Below are positions 49,349-59,254 of a stretch of 64,000 nt of DNA, piece after piece (the first letter of the stretch is position 1; each line of letters begins with the position of its first letter). The notes beneath the pieces are model-generated. The model searched no databases and was not told the DNA's origin. It worked only from the letters and a program-made list of their open reading frames with translations. The DNA comes from Brevibacterium luteolum (GTDB lineage: Bacteria; Actinomycetota; Actinomycetes; Actinomycetales; Brevibacteriaceae), in the NCBI RefSeq assembly GCF_013004595.1, contig NZ_JABEMC010000004.1:62001-126000 (forward strand), given 5' to 3'. A program made the translations under genes and the position numbers.

Positions 49349-51061
49349 TCAGGTGGCCGGCTTCTGCCCAGCAGAGTCGGCCTCGGTGTCAATCGTAGAC
49401 CGGGTCTGCTGGCCGGGGCGGGCCTGCGCGCGTTCGATCCGGGTGGCCAGCGGCTTCTCGCGGATGAAGAAGAGCACGAGCAGTCCGAGCACCGGCAGCG
49501 GGGCCGCCCACAGGAACAGCGGCACGAGTGCATCGTTGTAGGCGCCGATGATGAGGTCCTGGATAGCGGTCGGCAGCTGGGACAGCGCTTCGGGTGTCAG
49601 TTCATTGGCGTGCAGTCCGCTGGCATCGGCACCGGGGACGGAGCTGAGCTTCTCGGTCAGGTTCGACATCAGGCGGCTGGTGAACAGCGAGCCGATGATC
49701 GCCATGCCGAAGCTGGCGCCGATCTGGCGGAAGAAGTTGTTCGAGGCGGTGGCGGTGCCGACCATCTCGACAGGGAAGGAGTTCTGCACGACGAGGACGA
49801 GCAGCTGCATGCTCAGGCCCAGGCCCGAACCCATGATGGCGAGAAAGATCATCGTCGTCCAAGCAGGGCTGTCGGCCCGCAGCTGGGACATGAGCACAAG
49901 TGAGGTGACGATGAGGCTCATGCCGATGATCGGGTAGAACTTGTAGCGGCCGGTGCGGGCGACAACGAATCCGATGCCGGTGGAGACGATGAGCATGCAC
50001 CCCATCATCGGCACCATCATGAGGCCGGCACGGGCGGCGTCGACACCGTGGACCATCTGCAGATAGGTCGGCATGTAGCTGAGCACACCGAACATCGCCA
50101 CACCGATCGTCAGTCCGGCGATGGTGGACAGCACGAAGTTGCGGTCGCGGAACAGCGACATCGGGATGATCGGTTCGGCCGCCCGGCGCTCGACGAAGAC
50201 GAAGATGGTGCCGGCGACGAGCGCAGCGGCGCCGAGTCCGAGGATGACCGGTGAGGTCCACTCGTACTGGTGGCCGCCCCATGCGGCGATGAGCACGACG
50301 GCGGAGGTGAACACGGCGATGAGCGCCATGCCGGCGACGTCGATGCGCGGGCGCACCTCGGGACGGGTGTCGGGAACACGGAGCAGGATCATCGCGGCGA
50401 TGATGGCGAAGATGCCGAGCGGGAAGTTCATCGCGAAGTTCCAGCGCCAACCCGGCCCCTCGGTCAGCCAGCCGCCGATGAGCGGGCCGGCAACAGAGGA
50501 CACAGCGAAGACCGAACCCATGGCACCCATGTACTTGCCGCGCTCACGGGCGGGCACGATCGCGGCGATGATCGCCTGGGAGAGGATCATCATGCCGCCA
50601 CCGCCGATGCCCTGGAAGACACGGCCGATGATGAGGAAGGACATGTCCTGGGCGAGGAGGGCGAAGACAGAGCCGAGCATGAACATCGAGATCGCGAAGA
50701 TGAACAGCGGCTTGCGGCCGAACAGGTCGCCGATCTTGCCGTAGATCGGCATCATGATCGTCGAGGCGAGCATGAAGGCCGTCGAAACCCACAGCATCTG
50801 ATCGACGCCATGGAGTTCGCCGACGATCGTCGGCAGGGCGGTGGCCAGCACCGTCTGGTTGAGCGAGAACATGAACATCGCGACCATGAGGGCGGCGAAC
50901 ACCCACAGAATCGCACCGGTCGTCATGCCGGAGCCGTTGTCAGCTGGGTCGCTGGCAGCAGACGTCGCGGCACGGCAGTCAGCGGGTGCAGGCGCGCGGT
51001 GGCCTGCGAACTCAGCTTCTGCCGTATGCGGCGGGGTCACGTCCTTTGCCATGCGTCTCAC
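49349..51061 (-). CDS. MFS drug:H+ antiporter (DHA2/EmrB-QacA, 14 TM)
   Basis: LNQTVLATALPTI, GKIGDLFGRK, GRVFQGIGGGG, GPLIGG, WRWNF, NFFRQIG; start GTG 51061 (overlaps TetR stop) or ATG 51052. Confidence 0.92.
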   Translation of the reverse strand: MRRMAKDVTPPHTAEAEFAGHRAPAPADCRAATSAASDPADNGSGMTTGAILWVFAALMVAMFMFSLNQTVLATALPTIVGELHGVDQMLWVSTAFMLASTIMMPIYGKIGDLFGRKPLFIFAISMFMLGSVFALLAQDMSFLIIGRVFQGIGGGGMMILSQAIIAAIVPARERGKYMGAMGSVFAVSSVAGPLIGGWLTEGPGWRWNFAMNFPLGIFAIIAAMILLRVPDTRPEVRPRIDVAGMALIAVFTSAVVLIAAWGGHQYEWTSPVILGLGAAALVAGTIFVFVERRAAEPIIPMSLFRDRNFVLSTIAGLTIGVAMFGVLSYMPTYLQMVHGVDAARAGLMMVPMMGCMLIVSTGIGFVVARTGRYKFYPIIGMSLIVTSLVLMSQLRADSPAWTTMIFLAIMGSGLGLSMQLLVLVVQNSFPVEMVGTATASNNFFRQIGASFGMAIIGSLFTSRLMSNLTEKLSSVPGADASGLHANELTPEALSQLPTAIQDLIIGAYNDALVPLFLWAAPLPVLGLLVLFFIREKPLATRIERAQARPGQQTRSTIDTEADSAGQKPAT

Positions 51062-51735
51062 TTACCATTTCCCTTCTGAGGTGTCTGTGTTCCGGCCAGA
51101 ACCGAGCGGAACAGCCGGATGGAACGTTCGAATGTCTCCTTGGAGAAGTCCGGGTCGGCGATCTGATCCGGTTCGGACTGCATTACGGTGCGCACCGCGA
51201 AGCGCAGCGGCACCGCGCACAGCTGCACGAGCATGAGCGCCAGCTCTTCCGGTGTGCCGTCGGCACCGCCGAAGTCGATGTCCCCGCGGCGCAGCCGGGC
51301 GGCGACCACCTCGGCGGCGGCGTGTTCGATGGCTTCGTTCTTCTCGAACTGGCGGCGCATGAGCGCCGGGTACCGGGCGAGGATCTGGCGGCGTTTGAGG
51401 ACGACGTCATCGGAGTTGAAGGTCAGCTGATATGTGCCGTAGATGAGCCGGGCGACGTCCTCAGCAAGATCCGCTCCCACCGGGTCGACTTCGAGGAACT
51501 CCTCGATCTGGTCGGTGTCGATGACGACGTCGGTCATGCCGACGATCGCGTCCTCCTTCGAGGCGAAGTAGTTGAAGAAGGTGCGCGCGGAGATGCCGGC
51601 GTCTTCGGCGATCTGGGCGACGGTGGCCTGCTCCAGGCCGTCCTCCAGGACGCGGTTGACGGCAGCGACGTGGATGGCCCGGCGGGTCAGCCGGGCTTTG
51701 CGGTCGCGGAGGCTTTCGGTTTCGGTGGTGCTCAC
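51058..51735 (-). CDS. TetR/AcrR family transcriptional regulator
   Basis: LRDRKARLTR...ATVAQIAEDAGISARTFFNYFASKEDA HTH. Confidence 0.93.
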   Translation of the reverse strand: MSTTETESLRDRKARLTRRAIHVAAVNRVLEDGLEQATVAQIAEDAGISARTFFNYFASKEDAIVGMTDVVIDTDQIEEFLEVDPVGADLAEDVARLIYGTYQLTFNSDDVVLKRRQILARYPALMRRQFEKNEAIEHAAAEVVAARLRRGDIDFGGADGTPEELALMLVQLCAVPLRFAVRTVMQSEPDQIADPDFSKETFERSIRLFRSVLAGTQTPQKGNGK

Positions 51736-51741
51736 ATAAAG

Positions 51742-51792
51742 ATTTTGCACCCAGTGCAACTTTACGTCAAGCGCAACTTTGCACTGTGTGCA
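51742..51792. promoter_or_regulatory. tetR promoter (TTGACG-17-CAAAAT, minus strand) with two TGCAC-N3-GTGCA operator palindromes
   Basis: Palindromes at 51746-51758 and 51780-51792; -35 at 51770-51765, -10 at 51747-51742, GTG 6 nt downstream. Confidence 0.7.
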
Positions 51793-51833
51793 CTATTTCA
51801 CTTCTGTTCACTCTCGGGTGCTGTGATGGGAGC

Positions 51834-52790
51834 ATGATCACCGCAATCTGGATCGGCGAGCAGGACCCTGAGGTGCTGTCACTGCTGCGCGACGCGTTCA
51901 CCCCTGTCCCCGGAGCCGATCTCATCATCCCCGCAGGCACCGCGCCCTCGGGTGAAGAGCTGGCCCGCACCGAGTACATCCTCAACGGCGCCGGCGTCCT
52001 CGACGAGGCCGTCTTCTCACGCGCCCCGAATCTGAAGATGGTCCAGCGCGTCGGCGCCGGCACCGACGGCATCGACTTCGACGCCGCACGCCGGGCAGGC
52101 GTGACCGTCGCGAACCTGCCGGGTGCGAACTCGGTGGCCGTTGCCGAACTTGCCGTCGCCTCACTGCTGGCCTGCGCCCGCCACCTGCCTGGACTCAACA
52201 CCGCCACACATGCCGGTGAGTGGACGCCGAATCGCTGGCTGCACTCCTCGATCGAGCTCTCAGGCAAGACTGCTGCGATCATCGGACTCGGCCACATCGG
52301 CCGGCTGCTGGCTGCCCGGCTGACTGCCTTCGACATGCGCCTGGTCTACTTCGACGTCTTCCGCCAGCCGCCGGAGGTCGAGGAGCAGCTCGGCATCGAG
52401 TTCATGGCCCTTGACGACCTGCTGCCGCTGGCTGATGTGCTCTCGATCCACGTGCCGCTGACCGAAGAGACCAACGGTCTCATCGGCGCCAAGCAGCTCG
52501 CGGCGATGCCCACCGGTTCGATCGTGCTGAATCTCTCGCGGGCCGGCATCGTCGATGAGGAGGCCCTGGCGGCCTCGCTGCACTCGGGGCACACGGCCGG
52601 CGCCGGTCTCGACGTGTTCACCGGCGAGCCGAACATCGCCGGTCATCCGCTGCTCGACGCCCCGAATGTCGTGGCCACCCCGCATGCCGGGGCGCAGACC
52701 CGCGATACGGTCAGCCGCGTCTTCTCCCGGGCGGTCGAGAATCTCCTCGAGCATGCCGCCGGCCGCACACCGGCGCACGTCATCGACTGA
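51834..52790 (+). CDS. 2-hydroxyacid dehydrogenase (SerA/glyoxylate reductase-like, no ACT domain)
   Basis: GAGTDGID, ANSVAVAE, GLGHIG, HVPLTEET, NLSRAG, LDVFTGEP, TPHAG. Confidence 0.9.
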   Translation: MITAIWIGEQDPEVLSLLRDAFTPVPGADLIIPAGTAPSGEELARTEYILNGAGVLDEAVFSRAPNLKMVQRVGAGTDGIDFDAARRAGVTVANLPGANSVAVAELAVASLLACARHLPGLNTATHAGEWTPNRWLHSSIELSGKTAAIIGLGHIGRLLAARLTAFDMRLVYFDVFRQPPEVEEQLGIEFMALDDLLPLADVLSIHVPLTEETNGLIGAKQLAAMPTGSIVLNLSRAGIVDEEALAASLHSGHTAGAGLDVFTGEPNIAGHPLLDAPNVVATPHAGAQTRDTVSRVFSRAVENLLEHAAGRTPAHVID

Positions 52791-52838
52791 TCACTCCCCC
52801 TGGCTCAGCTGGCCGCCGTTCCCGAGGCGCCGGCTGGT

Positions 52839-54842
52839 TCACATGAGTGCGCGCAGCCGGGCACGTTGGCGTTCGAGCACCTGGAGCTGCTCGAGCAGCT
52901 TCGTCGCTGCCGGGTCGTTGGGGTCGGTGCGGGAGAGCCGGGAGTGCAGTTCGCGGGCGATGCGGGTCATGTCCTCGTCGAACAGGCTGGCGATGATGCC
53001 GCGTGAGTAGCGTTCGACGCCTTGCCCGTCGGTGGCCGGCAGCGGGGTGACGGCGAGTTCGCCGATGAGTCCGCGCAGCTGGTCGGGACCTGCTTCGAGG
53101 ACCTTCTCCGGCCAGCTGGCCGGGTCGGTGATCGCAGTGCGGATGCCTCCGGCGTCCTTCATCGCCTGATGCACTGCCCTGTGGGCTGGGTGAGAGAAGA
53201 CCTTGCCGTTGAGCCCGTCGAAGAGGGTGGCGTTGACGTATTGCGGCTGCTGCATCGCCACCTGGAGGGCACCGCGTTCGATCCGCAGCTTCGGTGTGTT
53301 CGCCGGCGCGCCGGAGAACTCCTGTTCGTAGGCGGCGATCTCAGCGCCCGTCTGATCGGCAGGACTGCCCGGCGGCGGCACGGCAGGACCCCCGTAGGGG
53401 CCGCCCGGTCCCGGTGGGGACTGCTGAGGGTGTTGCCGCTGTTGCTGCTGCGGGTGCTGACTGCGCAGGTCACGGGTGGGCTGCTGTCCACCTCCGGGCC
53501 CGCCTGCTGCTGCCCTGCGTCCGGCTGCGCGCACGGCGGCGTGCACGTCTGCGGTGTCGACTCCGACGGCACCGGCGACGAAGCGCTCGTATTCCGGCCT
53601 GAGCATGCTGTCGCGGATGCCTGCGACCATCGGTGCGGCGGCCCGCACGGCGCCGACTCGGCCTTCGGCGGTGTCGAGGTCGAAGCGCTCGATTGTCGAG
53701 GTGATGGCGAACTCGAACAGCGGCCGGCGCGAGTCGATGAGCGCTTTGACGGCGGCGTCGCCCTTTTGGATGCGCAGGTCGCAGGGGTCCATGCCGTCTT
53801 CGGCGATGGCGACGAAGGTCTGGGCGACGAACTTCTGGTCGTCTTCGAAAGCCTTGAGTGCCGCTTTCCGGCCGGCCTCGTCACCGTCGAAAGTGAAGAT
53901 CACCTCACCGGAGTGCGCGGAGTCGTCGCCGAGCAGCCGCCGGATGAGCTTGATGTGCTCGGCTCCGAACGCGGTGCCGCAGGTGGCGACAGCCTGCTCG
54001 ACGCCGGCGAGGTGGGCGGCCATGACGTCGGTGTAGCCTTCGACGATGACGACCCGCTTCGAGCGGGCGATCGCCCGTTTAGCGATGTCGAGGCCGTAGA
54101 GCACCTGGTTCTTCCGGTACAGCGGGGTCTCGGGCGTGTTGAGGTATTTCGGGCCCTGGTCGTCGTCGAAGACCTTGCGGGCCCCGAAGCCGACGGTGCG
54201 GCCGGTGACGTCGTTGATCGGCCACATGAGCCGGCCGCGGAACCGGTCGTAGATGCCGCGGTTGCCCTGGCTGACCAGGCCCGAGGCGATGATGTCCTCG
54301 GTGTTGTAGCCGCGCCCGCGCAGATGCTTGAGCAAGGCGTCCCAGGATCTCGGGGCGAAGCCGATGCCGTATTTCTCGCAGACCTGTTTGTCGAAGCCGC
54401 GGTCGGCGAGGTACTGTCGGCCGATCTGCGCTTCGGGGCTGCCGAGGTATTCAGTAAAGAACGCCTGGGCTACCTGGTGCATGTCGACGAGACGCTGGCG
54501 CTGGCCGATGGCCTCTTTGTCCGGCCCGGTGCCGCCCTCTTCGTAGCGCAGCTGCACGCCGACGCGTTCGGACAGCCGCTGAACGGCCTCGGTGAAGGTC
54601 AGCCCGTCGATCTTCTGCAGGAAGGTGAAGACGTCGCCGCTCTCGCCGCAGCCGAAGCAGTGGTACATGCCGACCTGCGGACGGACGTGGAAGGACGGGG
54701 TCCGCTCGTCGTGGAAGGGGCACAGTCCCTTCATGCTGCCGACTCCTGCGCTGCGCAGCGTGACGTACTCGCCGATGATGTCGTCGAGGCGTGCCCGGGA
54801 GCGGACCTCATCGATGTCCTCGCGCAGGATCAGCCCGGCCAT
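52839..54842 (-). CDS. dnaG: DNA primase
   Basis: Zn finger CPFH...CFGC, YDRFRGRL, KYLNTPET, TOPRIM VEGYTDV and FDGDEAG. Confidence 0.98.
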   Translation of the reverse strand: MAGLILREDIDEVRSRARLDDIIGEYVTLRSAGVGSMKGLCPFHDERTPSFHVRPQVGMYHCFGCGESGDVFTFLQKIDGLTFTEAVQRLSERVGVQLRYEEGGTGPDKEAIGQRQRLVDMHQVAQAFFTEYLGSPEAQIGRQYLADRGFDKQVCEKYGIGFAPRSWDALLKHLRGRGYNTEDIIASGLVSQGNRGIYDRFRGRLMWPINDVTGRTVGFGARKVFDDDQGPKYLNTPETPLYRKNQVLYGLDIAKRAIARSKRVVIVEGYTDVMAAHLAGVEQAVATCGTAFGAEHIKLIRRLLGDDSAHSGEVIFTFDGDEAGRKAALKAFEDDQKFVAQTFVAIAEDGMDPCDLRIQKGDAAVKALIDSRRPLFEFAITSTIERFDLDTAEGRVGAVRAAAPMVAGIRDSMLRPEYERFVAGAVGVDTADVHAAVRAAGRRAAAGGPGGGQQPTRDLRSQHPQQQQRQHPQQSPPGPGGPYGGPAVPPPGSPADQTGAEIAAYEQEFSGAPANTPKLRIERGALQVAMQQPQYVNATLFDGLNGKVFSHPAHRAVHQAMKDAGGIRTAITDPASWPEKVLEAGPDQLRGLIGELAVTPLPATDGQGVERYSRGIIASLFDEDMTRIARELHSRLSRTDPNDPAATKLLEQLQVLERQRARLRALM

Positions 54843-56134
54843 TACAGCAAGCTCGCTTCGCTGGCCTGCATCCGGTGGTAGGCCGCCCAGGCGGAGTGGT
54901 CGGTGAGGCTGGCGACGTGGTCGGCGACGACGCGCAGTCGCTGCCCGTCATCTTCAGCCTCCTGGTAGTCAAGGTAGAACATCCGCTCCATGTCCTCGGG
55001 CCGTTCGCTGAAGTACTCGCACAGCTGCGTGAGCACACGCGCCTGGATGCGCTGGAGGCGCAGCCGGTCTTCGGCGACCATGACGGTGACGGTCGCCAGG
55101 CCCTTGAGCACAGCGATCTCGTAGCGGGTCGATTCGGGCACGACGAGGTTACCGTCGTAGCGGCCGAGCGGCTCCCAGCCGAACTCCTCGCGGGTGGCAG
55201 CTTCGGCAGCTCCGGCGAACCGGCCGATGAGCTGGCTGGTCATGTGCTTGAGGCTGGCCTGGGCGCGCCTGGACCCGTCATAAGGTTCTGACGGCCAGTA
55301 GCTGGCCGCCTGCAGGCGGGACAGCGCCTTCATGATGTCCTCATCGCGGGCATCGGGCAGGTACCAGGCGCGGGTGATGTCGATGAGACCGGCCAGAGCG
55401 TGGTCGTTCTGGTAGGCGAAGAGGTCGAGGTGGCCGGAGAACACTGCGTCCTCGACGTCGTGGACGGAATAGGAGATGTCGTCGGCCAGGTCCATGAGCT
55501 GGGCTTCGATGCAGCGCTGGCCCAGTGGGCGGTCGGCGCGGAAGAAGTCGAAGACGGCCCGGTCGTCGTCGTAGACGCCGAACTTCGTCACCGGTGAGCC
55601 GGTCTTCTTCGCCACCGGTGATTCCGCACGCGGCCACGGATATTTCGTGCACGCGTCCAGCGTGGCGCGGGTGAGGTTGAGCCCTGCCGGGGTGCCGTCT
55701 GCGGCGTGGACCTTGGGTTCGAGCCGGGTGAGCACCCGCAGGGTCTGGGCGTTCCCTTCGAATCCGCCGATGTCGGCGCAGACTTCGTCGAGGACAGCTT
55801 CGCCGTTGTGTCCGAAAGGCGGGTGCCCGAGGTCGTGGGCCAGGCAGGCGGTGTCGACGATCTCCGGGTCACAGCCGAGGTAGCGGGCAAGTTCGCGGCC
55901 GACCTGGGCGACTTCCAGGGAGTGGGTCAGGCGGGTGCGCACGAAATCATCGGTGCCTGGGGAGACGACCTGGGTTTTGGCGCCCATCCGGCGCAGACCC
56001 GAGGAATGCAGCACACGCGCCCGGTCGCGCTGGAAGTCGGTGCGTCGGGGGTTCTTCGCCGGTTCGGCGACCCAGCGCTGGCGGTCGTGCTCGGAGTACT
56101 CGGCCACCTGAAGTTGCGTCTGGACCACCCTCAT
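54842..56134 (-). CDS. dgt: Deoxyguanosinetriphosphate triphosphohydrolase-like HD protein
   Basis: FQRDRARVLHS, RTRLTHSLEVAQ, HDLGHPPFGHNGE, FEGNAQ, ADDISYSVHD. Confidence 0.95.
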   Translation of the reverse strand: MRVVQTQLQVAEYSEHDRQRWVAEPAKNPRRTDFQRDRARVLHSSGLRRMGAKTQVVSPGTDDFVRTRLTHSLEVAQVGRELARYLGCDPEIVDTACLAHDLGHPPFGHNGEAVLDEVCADIGGFEGNAQTLRVLTRLEPKVHAADGTPAGLNLTRATLDACTKYPWPRAESPVAKKTGSPVTKFGVYDDDRAVFDFFRADRPLGQRCIEAQLMDLADDISYSVHDVEDAVFSGHLDLFAYQNDHALAGLIDITRAWYLPDARDEDIMKALSRLQAASYWPSEPYDGSRRAQASLKHMTSQLIGRFAGAAEAATREEFGWEPLGRYDGNLVVPESTRYEIAVLKGLATVTVMVAEDRLRLQRIQARVLTQLCEYFSERPEDMERMFYLDYQEAEDDGQRLRVVADHVASLTDHSAWAAYHRMQASEASLL

Positions 56135-57312
56135 CCTCCTGAGACGTCGAGTTCGGCCTCGGCGAGCTCCGCGGAGCGCTCCGGGTTCATCTCCCGCGAG
56201 TCAAGCCAGCCTTCAGGCAGGTGGGGCCGCTTCGGGCGGGTGGTGCGTCCGCGTGAGCCCTCGGCATCAGCCCCGGGATAGGGTGCGTCGCGGTCGAGCT
56301 CGTCGAGCAGTCCGCGCAGCTCAGCCAGGGAGGAGACCATCGCGAGCTTGCGGCGGGCCTGCCCGCCGACCGGGTAGCCCTTGAAGTACCAGGCGATGTG
56401 CTTGCGCAGGTCGCGCACGCCGTAGAACTCGTCGTCGTAGTACTCGGTGAGGTAGACGCCGTGGGTGTAGACGACATCGGCGACCTGGCCGAGGTTCGGG
56501 CGGATGCGCTCATCGCTGCCGTTGAGTGCAGCGGCGAGATCGCCGAAGAGCCACGGCCGGCCCTGGCAGCCACGGCCGATGACGACACCGTCGCAGCCGG
56601 TCTGGGCCATCATGTCGACGGCGTCCTCGGCTGCGAAGATGTCGCCGTTGCCCAGCACGGGCACGGCGTCGCCGATGAGGTCCTTGAGCCGGGCGATGGC
56701 CCCCCAGTCGGCGGTGCCGGAGTACAGGTCGGCAGTCGTGCGCCCGTGCAGGGTCATCGCGGACACTCCTGCCTCGGCGGCGATGCGACCGGCGTCGAGG
56801 TAGGTGAGGTGGTCGGCGTCGATGCCCTTGCGCATCTTGATCGTCAGCGGAATGTCACCGCGGCTGGCTTCGCGCACAGCGGTGGTGACGATGTCGGTGA
56901 ACAGGTCGAGCTTCCACGGCAGCGCTGAGCCGCCGCCCTTGCGGGTGACCTTGGGGACGGGGCAGCCGAAGTTGAGGTCGATGTGGTCGGCGCGGTCCTC
57001 GTCGACGAGCATCCGCACTGCCTGGCCGATCGTGACGGGGTCGACGCCGTAGAGCTGGACGGAGCGCGGCACCTCGTAGGGCTCGTGATGGATGATGCGC
57101 ATGCTCTTCGGAGAGCGTTCGACGAGCGCGCGGCTCGTCACCATTTCGGTGACGTAGAGTCCGGCACCGTACTCGCGGCACAGGCGGCGGAAGGCGGTGT
57201 TCGTGATGCCGGCCATCGGGGCGAGCACCACCGGCGAGTCGAGTTCGATGTTGCCGATGCGCAGCGCCGATGCGGCGGTGGTCTGCAGAGAGGTGGTGGT
57301 CATGGTCGTCAC
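56131..57312 (-). CDS. dusB: tRNA dihydrouridine synthase B
   Basis: LAPMAGIT, DLNFGCPVPKV, LHGRT, LGNGDI, IGRGCQGRPW; start uncertain (57315/57312/57303). Confidence 0.95.
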   Translation of the reverse strand: MTTMTTTSLQTTAASALRIGNIELDSPVVLAPMAGITNTAFRRLCREYGAGLYVTEMVTSRALVERSPKSMRIIHHEPYEVPRSVQLYGVDPVTIGQAVRMLVDEDRADHIDLNFGCPVPKVTRKGGGSALPWKLDLFTDIVTTAVREASRGDIPLTIKMRKGIDADHLTYLDAGRIAAEAGVSAMTLHGRTTADLYSGTADWGAIARLKDLIGDAVPVLGNGDIFAAEDAVDMMAQTGCDGVVIGRGCQGRPWLFGDLAAALNGSDERIRPNLGQVADVVYTHGVYLTEYYDDEFYGVRDLRKHIAWYFKGYPVGGQARRKLAMVSSLAELRGLLDELDRDAPYPGADAEGSRGRTTRPKRPHLPEGWLDSREMNPERSAELAEAELDVSGG

Positions 57313-57419
57313 CACCCTATTATCTCCAGACAGTCAAACCGGGACCGAGGCGGGTGTGGACACCCAGCATCGGCTCAGAGAGAGACTGTGGATGGACGTG
57401 CGGGCATCCGGTCGTCTCG

Positions 57420-58808
57420 TCAGCCGGCGATGGTCTCCCGGTCCCGGCCCACGCCTCGGCGACGGCCGAAGGAGGCGAGGAAGATCGCCGCAGCACTCAG
57501 CAGACAGCAGGCCACCAGGTAGGCCGCTGCAGCAGTGATCGCGCCGTTCGCCCAGGCGATAAGGGCAGCGAGGACGACTGGTGAGAAGCCGGCGATGAGC
57601 GCACCGTTGGCCTCCCGTGCCAGGGCCATCGCGGAGAACCGGTGGCGGGTGGGAAACAGGTTGGCCAGGAACGCGCCCTGCGAACCCGAGGTACCGGAGA
57701 TGACGAGCCCGTAGCCGATCGCGATGGCGATGAGAGCGCTGGTGAAGGTGCCCTGTGAGAGCAGCCACAGGAATGGGAAAGCGTACAGCGCGCCGATGAC
57801 CGAGGCCCAGCCCATGACGGTGCCGGCGCCGAACCGGTCGGCGAGGCTGCCGCCGAGCGGGGTGAGGATGATCGCGGCGAGAGTGCCGAGGGTGACCGCC
57901 CCGAGCGCGTGGGTCTGCGGCATGCCGGTGCCGACCAGGTAGCCGATGGAGAACACGGCCATGCCGTAGTTGAGCGCGTTGTGGCCGGTGAGGCTGAGGA
58001 ACCCGGCGAGCACGCCGCGCCAGTCGGTGGCGAGCAGTGCCAGCAGCGGCACCTTGGTGGCGTGGGCTTCCTGCTGCTCCATCGCCGAGGTGTATTCGGG
58101 GGTCTCTTCGAGCTTGGCGCGGATGTAGATGGCGACGAAGAACAGCACGACCGAGGCGAGGAACGGCAGGCGCCAGCCGATCGACATGAAGGTCTCCTCG
58201 GCCATGCCGGAGGAGGCGAGGAAGAACGCCGCAGTGGCCAGCACGATGCCGGCTGGCGGGGCGCAGAGCACGAGTGAGGTGAAGAAGCCGCGCCGGTGGG
58301 CGGGGACGTATTCGGCGACCATCGTCGTTGCGCCGGAGAGCTCGGCACCAGCGCCGAAGCCCTGGAGGAACCGAAAGATGACGAGCAGGATCGGGGCGAG
58401 CACGCCGACGGCGGCTGCGGTGGGCAGCAGGCCGATGGCCACGGTGGCGATTGCCATGAGCACGATGGTGAGGATCATCGCCGGGCGGCGGCCGTGCCGG
58501 TCGCCGATGTGGCCGATGACGATGCCGCCGACCGGGCGGGCGAGGAAACCGACGGCGAAGGTTGCCAGCGCCGAGAGCTGGCCGGCGCCGGAGACTGAGT
58601 CGGGGAAGAACAGCGGTCCGATGACCAGGCCTGCGGCGGCGCCGTAGAGGGCGTAGTCATACCATTCGATGACGGTGCCGATGACGGAGGCGACGATGGC
58701 GCGGCGGGCGGCCGGGCGCAGCGGGGCACCGGCAGCAGGCTGGCCCGCGGCTGCGGAGTCTGAGCGGTCAGCGGCAGGCTGATCGGCGGCAGTTCGGGCG
58801 GAAGTCAT
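57420..58808 (-). CDS. MFS metabolite:H+ symporter (MHS; ShiA/ProP-like)
   Basis: GTVIEWYDY, FLARPVGG, GDRHGRR, RFLQGFGAGAE, GWRLPF, LEETP. Confidence 0.92.
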   Translation of the reverse strand: MTSARTAADQPAADRSDSAAAGQPAAGAPLRPAARRAIVASVIGTVIEWYDYALYGAAAGLVIGPLFFPDSVSGAGQLSALATFAVGFLARPVGGIVIGHIGDRHGRRPAMILTIVLMAIATVAIGLLPTAAAVGVLAPILLVIFRFLQGFGAGAELSGATTMVAEYVPAHRRGFFTSLVLCAPPAGIVLATAAFFLASSGMAEETFMSIGWRLPFLASVVLFFVAIYIRAKLEETPEYTSAMEQQEAHATKVPLLALLATDWRGVLAGFLSLTGHNALNYGMAVFSIGYLVGTGMPQTHALGAVTLGTLAAIILTPLGGSLADRFGAGTVMGWASVIGALYAFPFLWLLSQGTFTSALIAIAIGYGLVISGTSGSQGAFLANLFPTRHRFSAMALAREANGALIAGFSPVVLAALIAWANGAITAAAAYLVACCLLSAAAIFLASFGRRRGVGRDRETIAG

Positions 58809-58912
58809 CCGTCATATGTACCAAGCCGGCTCAGCTGTGCGAAATCGCGTCCGCATTCCAGTCCGGTCGGCCCCAGGACACGCGCAGACCAGACACGGGC
58901 AGTGTCGCGGAC

Positions 58913-59227
58913 TCAGATTGGATAGACCCGCCACCCGTCCGGGCCGTCGCGCAGCTCGCCGCGTGAACCGTCGAAGACCTCGAGCATTTCCGCCACGTGC
59001 ACGGAGGTCAGCAGCCCGATGCCGGTGACACGGCCACCGGCCCAGCGCGTGGCCACCTCAGACAGTGACACGTGCCAGAAGATCACCGGATTGCCACCCG
59101 CGTCCGCACCGATGCCCTCGGCTGGCCCTGTGTCCTTGCGTTCGAAGACGAGGTTAGGGCCGTGCCTGGTGCACGACCAACCCATCTCAGCGAGTTGCGC
59201 GCTCAGCTCTGCTTCGGCGGCACTCAT
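58913..59227 (-). CDS. Small hypothetical protein (104 aa)
   Basis: Strong SD AGGAGG upstream of ATG; fills the intergenic gap; no recognisable motif. Confidence 0.6.
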   Translation of the reverse strand: MSAAEAELSAQLAEMGWSCTRHGPNLVFERKDTGPAEGIGADAGGNPVIFWHVSLSEVATRWAGGRVTGIGLLTSVHVAEMLEVFDGSRGELRDGPDGWRVYPI

Positions 59228-59254
59228 CTGTCCTCCTGGTAGCGTTCCCGACGC

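Noticed and set aside
53022..54881. 619-aa ORF opposite dnaG (likewise 37132-38652 and 39282-41006)
   Set aside because: Antisense shadows of well-supported genes.
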